A DNA stretch of 64,000 nucleotides from an uncultured delta proteobacterium (GTDB taxonomy: Bacteria; Desulfobacterota; BSN033; UBA1163). Shown one piece after another: positions 10,152 through 18,529 of this stretch. The stretch covers positions 864,001-928,000 of the forward strand of contig CAVPSJ010000004.1 of the NCBI GenBank assembly GCA_963708295.1. Reading direction: 5' to 3'. The notes under the pieces are model-generated. The model saw only the letters and a program-made list of their open reading frames with translations, had not been told where the DNA came from and did no database searches. The position numbers and the translations under genes are program-made. How positions within the stretch are numbered: the first letter of the stretch is position 1; each line of letters opens with the position of its first letter.

Positions 10152-10236
10152 GCCCAGGGAGGGTGATGCAGCACCCTCCCAAATCCCACGGATCAGTGAG
10201 GTATTACGGGGATAGTCCCCGAAAGGAGAAAGTAGA

Positions 10237-12032
10237 TTGCAGGATGTGAAGGACGGTCGAGATGAGCGGATCGAGGTCCTCTTTCGTAAAGCGGCACCCA
10301 TCGACGTCCCGGAAGCCCGTTATCCGGGCTTCAAACCTGGTACGACCGTTCTCCCTAAAGGGTTTGTCCAAAAGAAAGGAGCACTCCCGCTCCCCTGCGA
10401 CATTATCTTTGAACGAGACGTTGCTGTGGCGCTCCGCGATGGCACGATCATCTATACGGATATCTTTCGTCCCGTCGGTGGTACCCACCTCCCGGCCATC
10501 GTCGCCTGGAGTCCCTACGGAAAGGAGGGAGGCTTGACGCTCCTCGACGACTTTCCTTTTCGGGCCGGTGTGGCCAAGAATGCAGTCTCGGAACTGCAGA
10601 AGTGGGAAGGTCCTGATCCCGCCTACTGGTGTTCCCATGGTTACGCGGTCGTGAATCCCGATGCTCGCGGTGCCTTTAGTTCGAACGGAGACATCCACTT
10701 CTGGGGGAGCCAAGAGGGCCGGGACGGCACCGATATGATTGAGTGGGTGGCATCTCAGGAGTGGAGCAACGGCAAGGTTGGGCTGTCGGGCAACTCGTGG
10801 TTGGCCATTGCCCAGTGGTTTATCGCAGCAGAGAGACCTCCCCATCTGGCCGCCATTGCTCCCTGGGAGGGGTGGTCCGATGCCTACCGAGAAGATGTGG
10901 GTCGTGGCGGTGTGCAGGATTTCGGATTTTGTGAACGCATTGTCTCGAAGATGCGCGGGAAGAATCGTGTCGAGGACGTCCCCACCATGATCCAGAAATA
11001 TCCCCTCATGAACGCCTGCTGGGAGGACAAAATCGCCAAGTTAGAGAATATTGGCATTCCTGCCTACGTTGTCGCAAGCTGGACCGGCATGATGCACGTA
11101 CACGGGACCCTCGACAGTTTCCAGCGGATTCCCTCCAAAGAAAAATGGCTTCGCGTCCATAACACTCAGGAATGGCCCGACTATTACGACCCTAAGTACA
11201 CGGAAGATCTACGTCGATTCTTCGACCGGTACCTGAAGGGTATCAAGAACGGCTGGGAGAATACCTCGCGGGTGCGACTGTCGGTTCTCGACCCCGGCGG
11301 CGCTGATGAAATCAATCGTCCTGAGAACGAATTTCCCCTGGCTCGGACACAGTACAAGAGTCTCTACCTCGACGGACGCTCGGGGACGCTCTCTTCCAAT
11401 CCGGTGACAGATGAGACTTTGGTGCGCTATGCGGCTGACGATGGCAAAGGAAAAGCTGCCTTCACTATCAGGTTCGATGAGGATACGGAACTGACCGGAT
11501 ACATGAAGTTGCGCCTCTGGGTGGAGGCAATCGGGTCAAACGACATGGACCTATTCGTCAAGGTCCAGAAGCTCAGCAAAGGAGGCAAGGTCCTTTCCAG
11601 CCCGGTCATTGTCCCGCCAATCCCGTTGCCCGGACGATGGTCAATCTCCTGTGGTCGTTCGGAGTCCGGAAGCTGTCCTTTCTCTTCTTTACCGGTCCTT
11701 CCGGGAGATTGCGGGTCTCCCACCGTGCACTCGATGAGGCACGGTCGACCCCATCAGAACCTTATCTGACACACCGCGCTGAAGAGTTTTTGAGTCCCGG
11801 GCAGATTGTTCCGGTGGAGATTGGAATATGGCCTGTGGGCATGCGCTGGCATGCCGGCGAGCAATTGCGGCTTATGATCGCAGGATACAACCTGACGCCG
11901 ATGCCAATGGCCGGGATCAAGCCGCCTAAGCTGCGCAACAAGGGTGAGCACATCATCCATGCGGGTGGTAAGTACGATTCACACCTTCTGGTGCCGGTGA
12001 TTTCGAAGGGCCAGTCTTTGGGAGGAGGTTGA
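10237..12032 (+). CDS. CocE/NonD family serine hydrolase (peptidase S15 + PepX_C), cytoplasmic, frameshift near 11630
   Basis: LRDGTIIYTDIFRP, WSPYGK, GYAVVNPDARG, nucleophile GNSWLA. The C-terminal domain continues in ORF 11637-12032 (GRLRVSHR...YDSHLLVPVI). Confidence 0.9.
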
Positions 12033-12412
12033 TTGGCAATAGGCCTGGGCGTAGACATCATCACCCTCAGCAGAATGAAAGACGTATTGGACACCGGCGG
12101 CAAGGTGTTTCTGGACAAGGTATTTCACGCCGTGGGAGCAGGAGCGGGCTGAAGCCCACTCCCGACCGCGTGGCCTATCTGGCAATGATCTTTGCTGCCA
12201 AAGAAGCCATCTTTAAAACGTTTGGAATTGGCTGGGAGACAGGCGTCCAGTTCAAGGAAATAGAGGTCCGGGACGGGGAACATGGAGAGCCGATCCCCGT
12301 TCTCACGGGAAGATTTGCTGAGCTTGCATCCGAACGTGATGTCTCCCGTGTGCTTTTGAGCCTCTCGTATGATGGCGACTATGCCGTGGCAGTAGCAACC
12401 TTATCAAAATGA
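12033..12412 (+). CDS. acpS: Holo-ACP synthase (4'-phosphopantetheinyl transferase), frameshifted near 12125-12165
   Basis: TTG start after GGAGGAGG gives AIGLGVDIITLSRMK. The other frame gives FAAKEAIFK...IEV...GEP...LSLSYDGDYAVA. Confidence 0.88.
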
Positions 12413-12491
12413 GAGATTTCTGAAAAGGCCAGAAATCTCTGGTTACAGCGATTATGAAACGATTACAACGAAGCAACCCCTCCCTTCCTCG

Positions 12492-12573
12492 TAACTCCCC
12501 CCGCCCCCTCTCTTATTCTAAGAGGGGATCATTTGATTCCCCCCTTAGATTAAGGGGGGATTTAGGGGGGTTA
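12492..12573. repeat. REP-like paired hairpins
   Basis: TAACTCCCCC...CCCCTCTCTT-AAGAGGGG...CCCCCCTTA-TAAGGGGGG...GGGGGGTTA. Confidence 0.65.
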
Positions 12574-12644
12574 TATTGGGAGGTGAGGTGGGATTAATCA
12601 TCTTAGAGAAACTGTGAGTATCCCTTCAACCAGGAGAACTTGAA

Positions 12645-13646
12645 ATGCCTACGGATGTCATGGAGCAATTGCAGGTTAAGGCCAAGGCGAATCCTCAAAG
12701 GGTTGTATTTTCTGAAGCTGATGAGGAGAAGATCCTTCGTGCGGCGCGTCAGATAAAAGATATGGGGATCGCGTATCCTATACTCGTCGGGGAACCCGAG
12801 GCCGTATCCCTCTTGGCCGGAAACATCGGGGTGTCGCTTGATGGGATCACGGTGATTGACCACACTGATGCAGGAAAGGTCGAGCAGTTCGCCAGCGGGT
12901 ATGCGAAGATCAATCCGGACTTTCCGGCCTCCGCTATCAAGCGCATGCTAAGGGACCCGCTTTATTTCGCGGCCATGATGGTGAAATTAGGCGAGGCGGA
13001 CTGCATGGTGGCAGGACTGAGCCATACGACGGGAGAGGTGATCATGGCCAGTGAGATGATCATCGGATTGCAGGAAGGCATCTCCACGGTCTCAAGTACG
13101 GGCATTCTTTCCATCCCGGGATATGAGGGGCTGGAAGGGAACCTGCTGGGGATTGCTGACTGCGCTGTCTGTCCGGCGCCCGATTCTAAGGAGCTGGCCG
13201 ACATCGCCATCTCGACGGCCGACACCTTGCAGAGACTGCTGGGCTGGGAGCCGCGCGTGGCCCTGTTGTCCTTTTCAACAAAGGGCAGCGCAAGCCACGA
13301 GCGCGTTGACACAGTACTGCAGGCCCTGGACATGGTGCGCGAGCGGAGGCCGGAGCTGCTCATTGACGGCGAGCTTCAACTGGATTCCGCGATCGTCCCG
13401 GAGGTGGCAGCCAGGAAGGTGAAGGGAGGAAGCCCGGTGGCCGGCAAGGCCAACATCCTGATCTTCCCGGATCTCAACGCAGGCAACATCGGGGTGAAAC
13501 TTGTCCAGCGGTTTGCCAAGGCGGTGGCTTATGGGCCGCTTCTGCAGGGCTTCGCCAAGCCGGTAAGCGACCTGTCCCGTGGCGCGCCTGTGGAGGAGAT
13601 TGTAGGGGCGACCACGATGGTGGCAGTACGAGCACAAAATAAATAG
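12645..13646 (+). CDS. pta: Phosphate acetyl/acyltransferase
   Basis: ADCAVCPAP, ALLSFSTKGS, DGELQLDSAI, GKANILIFPDLNAGNIGVKLVQR, GPLLQGFAKPVSDLSRG. Confidence 0.93.
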   Translation: MPTDVMEQLQVKAKANPQRVVFSEADEEKILRAARQIKDMGIAYPILVGEPEAVSLLAGNIGVSLDGITVIDHTDAGKVEQFASGYAKINPDFPASAIKRMLRDPLYFAAMMVKLGEADCMVAGLSHTTGEVIMASEMIIGLQEGISTVSSTGILSIPGYEGLEGNLLGIADCAVCPAPDSKELADIAISTADTLQRLLGWEPRVALLSFSTKGSASHERVDTVLQALDMVRERRPELLIDGELQLDSAIVPEVAARKVKGGSPVAGKANILIFPDLNAGNIGVKLVQRFAKAVAYGPLLQGFAKPVSDLSRGAPVEEIVGATTMVAVRAQNK

Positions 13647-13650
13647 GGCT

Positions 13651-13799
13651 CGAATATCGAAGCACGAAATTCGAAACAAATCCGAATTTCGAATGTTTCA
13701 AATTCTAAACATCGTAGTACCTGAAAAAACTGATTTCGGTCAGTTAGAATTCGAATTTTGGTCATTGTTTCGGATTTCGATATTCGAGTTTCGGATTTT
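13651..13799. repeat. Inverted heptamer-repeat element (empty form)
   Basis: CGAAGCACGAAATTCGAAACAAATCCGAA ... TTGTTTCGGATTTCGATATTCGAGTTTCGGATTT. The arms are reverse complements. Same family as 4054-4376. Confidence 0.7.
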
Positions 13800-13902
13800 A
13801 ATTCAATGGTCGCTCGCTTACCCGATGTTACATCTTTGCGCCTGGCGCAACCCTGCCTGATGGTTAAGGACCAGGTTGGTCATGGAGGGAAAGGTAACTC
13901 TT

Positions 13903-15012
13903 GTGGATAAGAAATACAGACTTCTTGCGATCAACCCGGGCTCCACCTCAACCAAGATCGCGCTCTTTGAAAACGATACGGAAATTTTCTCTGCCAACGT
14001 CGCTCATGACGCAGCCAGGCTCAAAGAGTTTCGCGAGATCAGCGACCAGTTTCCGTATCGTAAGGAGACCATACTGAGTGAGCTGGCTAAAAAGAACATC
14101 TCCTTGAAAGGAATAGACGCCTTTGTCGGACGGGGAGGCGGGCTCGTCGGCCTGGAAGGAGGAACCTATACGATCAATGAGACCTTGCTGCATCATGCCA
14201 GAATTGGCTTTACCGTGAAACACCCGGCCACGCTCGGCAGTCAGCTGGCCCATGACTTTGCGTTGACCTATGGCGGAAAAGCCTTCGTCGTCAATCCGCC
14301 CGACGTCGATGAATTTCAACTTGTGGCACGAGTCAGCGGGCTCCACGATGTCCCCCGCGAGAGCAGGGGCCACCCTCTCAACCAGAAAGAAGTCGGAATC
14401 CGCTACGCCGCAGAGATCGGCAAGCGTTACGAGGATCTCAACCTGATCATATCCCACATCGGCGGCGGCGTAACGGTGACGGCTCACCAGAAGGGTCGTA
14501 TGGTCGATTCGACCGATGTGATCAATGGCGATGGTCCCATGGCTGCCACGCGCGCAGGCGCGATCCCGGCTGTGGCCATCATCAGGATGTGTTATTCGGG
14601 AAAATATACGGAAAAAGAGATGTATGACCGCATCACCAAGAATGGCGGTCTGGTCGATCATCTCGGCACCGCCGACGTCCGCGAGATACAGGAACGCATC
14701 AAAAACGGCGATGCCTATGCAAAACTCATCTACGACGCCATGATCTATCAGATTGGAAAGAGCATCGGCGCTTATGCAACGGTCTTAAGAGGTGAAGTGG
14801 ATGCCATTCTACTGACCGGCGGCATCGCTCACGATGCCTATCTGGTCGAGAGGATCACCGATATGGTCAAGTACATCGCTCCGGTCAAGGTCTACGCAGG
14901 TGAGTTCGAGATGGAAGCCCTGGCTGCAGGCGCTCTCAGGGTGCTGACCGGTCAGGAACAGCCCAAGACCTATACCGGAGTACCGGTATGGAATGGTTTT
15001 GACGAGAGATGA
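13903..15012 (+). CDS. buk: Butyrate kinase family acyl-phosphate kinase
   Basis: LAINPGSTSTK, VGRGGG, HPLNQK, HIGGGVTV, LTGGIA, GEFEMEALAAGALRVL. GTG at 13903 is in frame with the ORF from 13876. Confidence 0.93.
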   Translation: MDKKYRLLAINPGSTSTKIALFENDTEIFSANVAHDAARLKEFREISDQFPYRKETILSELAKKNISLKGIDAFVGRGGGLVGLEGGTYTINETLLHHARIGFTVKHPATLGSQLAHDFALTYGGKAFVVNPPDVDEFQLVARVSGLHDVPRESRGHPLNQKEVGIRYAAEIGKRYEDLNLIISHIGGGVTVTAHQKGRMVDSTDVINGDGPMAATRAGAIPAVAIIRMCYSGKYTEKEMYDRITKNGGLVDHLGTADVREIQERIKNGDAYAKLIYDAMIYQIGKSIGAYATVLRGEVDAILLTGGIAHDAYLVERITDMVKYIAPVKVYAGEFEMEALAAGALRVLTGQEQPKTYTGVPVWNGFDER

Positions 15013-15013
15013 A

Positions 15014-15138
15014 CAGGTTGCTGAAAAATGGCCATCTACTGCGTTTCCCTCATCCTTCGTCGTTGCAGCGTACAGGCAAGTACGCCTCGCTCCTCAGGAT
15101 TTCGGGAGCCTTGCATCTGGCCCTTTTTGAGCAACCTG
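15014..15138. mobile_element. Putative MITE (125 bp) with terminal inverted repeats
   Basis: CAGGTTGCTGAAAAA ... TTTTTGAGCAACCTG (14/15 match). No coding capacity. Confidence 0.6.
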
Positions 15139-15164
15139 GAGGAGATTCCCTTTTCAGGAGCCTG

Positions 15165-15238
15165 GACGAAATACGCGAATGATGATGAATTTCACGAATA
15201 GAACCGGTTCGTGTTATTCGTTGTCATTCGTGCCATTT
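15165..15238. repeat. Short inverted (A)CGAAT/ATTCGT repeat array
   Basis: ACGAAATACGCGAAT...CACGAAT versus TTCGTGTTATTCGTTGTCATTCGTG. Confidence 0.5.
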
Positions 15239-15278
15239 GAGCCTATTTTCTAAATCATAGAAAAGGAGTAAAAAAACA

Positions 15279-15527
15279 ATGGGATTAAGAGAAGAGGTAT
15301 TGGAGAAAATCATTCAACGAGCTGCGGTACTCTTCAAGAAAGACCCCGGCGAATTAAGTCCAGACACGAAATGGGTGGAGGACCTCAAGGCCAAATCGGT
15401 CAATTACGTTCAGGTCATCGCCATATTAGAGGATGCATTTGACGTCCAGATTAATTTCATGGAGTTCAGAAGGAAAAAGACTTTGGGCGAGGCCGCTGAA
15501 TTCGTCGCCCAACTCTGCGGGGGCTGA
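15279..15527 (+). CDS. Acyl carrier protein with atypical Ppant motif
   Basis: 82 aa. WVEDLKAKSVNYVQVIAILEDAFDVQI aligns with ACP F.EDLGADSLD.VEL...LEEEF.I.I. KKTLGEAAEFV. AAGGAG RBS. Confidence 0.85.
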   Translation: MGLREEVLEKIIQRAAVLFKKDPGELSPDTKWVEDLKAKSVNYVQVIAILEDAFDVQINFMEFRRKKTLGEAAEFVAQLCGG

Positions 15528-15593
15528 TCAGAACAAGAATCAGAAATTTAATTGAGATAAGAAAATAATCGATACAAGAGATAAAATGGGAGG

Positions 15594-17369
15594 ATGGCCA
15601 TGGCTGAAACGAAAAGAAAAAAAGTAATGTTCGGCAATGAGGAAATCGATGCAGTCTACAGGGAAACAAGAAGACCAGTTCCGCCCCAGAAGAAAGAATC
15701 GAAGGCCAAACAGGAGGAGAACTGGGACGGACTCGAAGAAAAATCTCTAGAGGGATCCGGGTTTGGAGTCTGTCCTGATCTCAACCGCCGCACCTATCTT
15801 GCTGAAGACGGCATTATCTGCGAGCAGGACGTCCCCGTGACCCTGCGGGACGGCGTGGTGATCTACACCGACATTTACCGTCCCGTGGAACAGACAAATA
15901 TTCCTGCCATCGTCTCATGGAGTTATTTCGGCAAACGTCCGGGCGATGGCTTCGACGAATGGCAGATCATCGGGGTTCCGCCGGGGACTGTTTCCCGGAT
16001 GGCCAAGTTCGAATCTCCCGATCCCGCCTACTGGTGTCGCCATGGCTATGCGATCGCCAACGCGGACCCCCGCGGCATTGGCCATTCAGAGGGTGATGTA
16101 TGCTTTTTCGGCACGCAAGACGGACGTGACTGCTATGACTTCATCGAATGGCTTGCAACCCAGTACTGGTGCAACGGCAAGATCGGGATGGGCGGCAACT
16201 CGGGTGTGGCCATGACCCACTGGCGAGTGGCTGCAGAGCAGCCCCCTCACCTTGCCTGCATCGCCCCTTGGGAAGGCACGGGAGACCTGTATCGCGAGTC
16301 CCTTTATGAAGGAGGTATCCCGGCGCTTGGTTTCTGCGACTTTATTGTGGGTTCCCTGGTGGGCAACGGATATGTGGACGACGCCGCTGCTATGGCCCTG
16401 GAGCACCCTTTTCTGGACGCCTATTGGGAAGACAAAATCCCGAGGTGGGAAAAGATCAGGATTCCAACCTATACCACAGTCTGCTGGAACCATTTTCACC
16501 TGCGCGGTTCTATGGAAGGTTTCAGGAGGATCCGTTCCACGAAGAAGTGGCTCCGGGCACACAGGGAGTTTGAGTGGCCGGATACCTATTCCACCTTCGG
16601 CCTCGAAGATCTGAAAGGGTTCTACGATCGCTATCTGAAAGACATCCGAAACGGCTGGGAGCTTACGCCGAGGGTCCGCCTTGAGATCATGGATGCCTAT
16701 GATTTTAATTATCAGGTCAACCGTCCCGAAAAGGAGTTCCCCCTTGCCCGAACCCAGTACAAGAAGCTCTACCTCGACGCCGCCAAGGGCGCTCTCTCCT
16801 TTGATCCCGTTGCCAAGGAATCAAAGGTCAGCTACGAGGCCGAGACCGGGTCAACGACCTTCGCCATCAAATTGACCGAAGACACGGAGATTACCGGCTA
16901 CATGAAGCTCCGCCTCTGGGTTGAGGCCGAGGGCAATGATGATATGGACCTCTTTATTGCAATCCGGAAGCTCGATGAAAAAGGCAACTGGCTGCCGACA
17001 AACGTGTTGGGAGAACCCCATCCGGGAGCATGGGGAAAGATGAGGGTATCGCGGCGCGAGCTCGATCAGAAGCTGTCCACGGATTTTCAGCCGATCCAGG
17101 CCCATCGCAAGGATGAAAAGCTGAAACCCGGTGAAATCGTTCCCGTGGATATTGAGATATGGCCCCACAGCAGGATTTGGCACAAAGGCCAGCAGTTGCA
17201 AGTCCTTGTATCAGGGCATTACGTTCGCGAAGGCTGGTTTGAGCCTTTCTCATGGGAGCTTAACAATAAAGGTAAGCATGTGATCCACTCAGGGGGGAAA
17301 TATGATTCGTATCTCCAGATACCTGTCATCCCTCCGAGATATCAGGCCGGCGATTATGTTTACAGGTAA
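15594..17369 (+). CDS. CocE/NonD family serine hydrolase/acyltransferase, cytoplasmic
   Basis: LRDGVVIYTDIYRP, GYAIANADPRG, GNSGVA, PepX_C-like C-terminus (GYMKLRLWVEA, YDSYLQIPVIP). Intact 591 aa. Confidence 0.92.
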   Translation: MAMAETKRKKVMFGNEEIDAVYRETRRPVPPQKKESKAKQEENWDGLEEKSLEGSGFGVCPDLNRRTYLAEDGIICEQDVPVTLRDGVVIYTDIYRPVEQTNIPAIVSWSYFGKRPGDGFDEWQIIGVPPGTVSRMAKFESPDPAYWCRHGYAIANADPRGIGHSEGDVCFFGTQDGRDCYDFIEWLATQYWCNGKIGMGGNSGVAMTHWRVAAEQPPHLACIAPWEGTGDLYRESLYEGGIPALGFCDFIVGSLVGNGYVDDAAAMALEHPFLDAYWEDKIPRWEKIRIPTYTTVCWNHFHLRGSMEGFRRIRSTKKWLRAHREFEWPDTYSTFGLEDLKGFYDRYLKDIRNGWELTPRVRLEIMDAYDFNYQVNRPEKEFPLARTQYKKLYLDAAKGALSFDPVAKESKVSYEAETGSTTFAIKLTEDTEITGYMKLRLWVEAEGNDDMDLFIAIRKLDEKGNWLPTNVLGEPHPGAWGKMRVSRRELDQKLSTDFQPIQAHRKDEKLKPGEIVPVDIEIWPHSRIWHKGQQLQVLVSGHYVREGWFEPFSWELNNKGKHVIHSGGKYDSYLQIPVIPPRYQAGDYVYR

Positions 17370-17481
17370 GGGCGAGACAGGCTGAAATGGAGGTGTAAGA
17401 GTAAGCACAGCCGCGAGAACGGAGCGGCATACGCAAAAGAGGGATGAACGAGTTAGATTCAATACAAAAGGAGGTATCTAC

Positions 17482-18455
17482 ATGAAAGTTCTCGGACTGA
17501 CCTGCGGCAGGAAGATGAGCAACACGGAGATACTCGTCAAAGAAGCGCTTATGGGCGCGGAAGAGGCGGGTGCAAAGGTGGAGATCGTGCGTCTGATGGA
17601 CCTGAATATCAGGCCGTGCACGGGGTGCAACTCCTGCGTGATCGATCTTTTCGAAAAAGCCGGCTCAGGGGAATGCGTCATCAAGAATGACGATTTCAAG
17701 TTCATCGACGACAAAATCCATGACTGCGACGGGCTGATCCTGGGTTCCCCGGTTTATGAGAAGGCCCCGCAGGGTTTGCTGAAGGTCCTGAACGACAGGA
17801 TGGGGCCGTCCCATGATCTGGCATTCAGAATCATTGCGAAGAAGATCAGGGAGGAGAAAGGCATTACCAAAGGCAAAGGACCGGACGAGAGGTCGTTCAA
17901 ACCGAGAGTGGCATCGCTCTTTGCCGTCGGAGGCAGCGACTGGACGACTCTGGCGCTTCCCATGCTGCAGATATTCGCTCTTCCGATGAACATGCTGGTT
18001 GTGGATCAGCATGTATTCAACTGGACGGCTTTACCCGCTATCGTGGCATTGAGGCCTGAAATGCTCGAGAGGGCGAGAAGGTCAGGGCGTCATGTGGCCG
18101 AGACCTTGAAGAAACCGATTGAAGAGGCAAAGTATATTGGCGATCCCGGTAGGTGTCCCGTATGCCATTCAAGTGTACTGGAGGTCGGAAAGACAACGGA
18201 ACCGGTGATTTGCGCCGTCTGCGGTGTAAAGGGCAACTTTGAAAACGAAAGGTGACGATTATGTAGCTGGAGGTCACCGACGAGGCAAGGGCCCTTTCGA
18301 ACGTTCTCCTTTCGGGTAAATTCCACCATGGCGATGATATGAAGGCTGTTTCGCTGAAGCCTGACCCACGGATGGCCGAGATCCCTGCGTTGATCGAGAA
18401 ATACAAATCGTATTTAACGTACTCCAGGCCGGATCGAACGGCGACGGAAAAGTAA
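17482..18455 (+). CDS. Flavodoxin-fold flavone reductase (FLR)-like protein, paralog 2, frameshifted near 18235-18260
   Basis: EALMGAEEAGA, CTGCNSC, SPVYEK, DRMGP, AVGGSDW, CPVCHS...CAVCG. The shifted frame continues LSGKFHHGDDMK...KYKSY to TAA at 18453-18455. Confidence 0.87.
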
Positions 18456-18529
18456 CGGAGCGGCGAAATCGAGCAAGCACCGGTCTTATGCCTTTATCAG
18501 GAATCTCAAAATGAAGGAGGGGTAAAGTC

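Noticed and set aside
12033-15527. PKS/NRPS/fatty-acid biosynthetic cluster suggested by ACP + PPTase
   Set aside because: There are no ketosynthase, condensation or ACP-loading adenylation genes nearby, and the context is catabolic.
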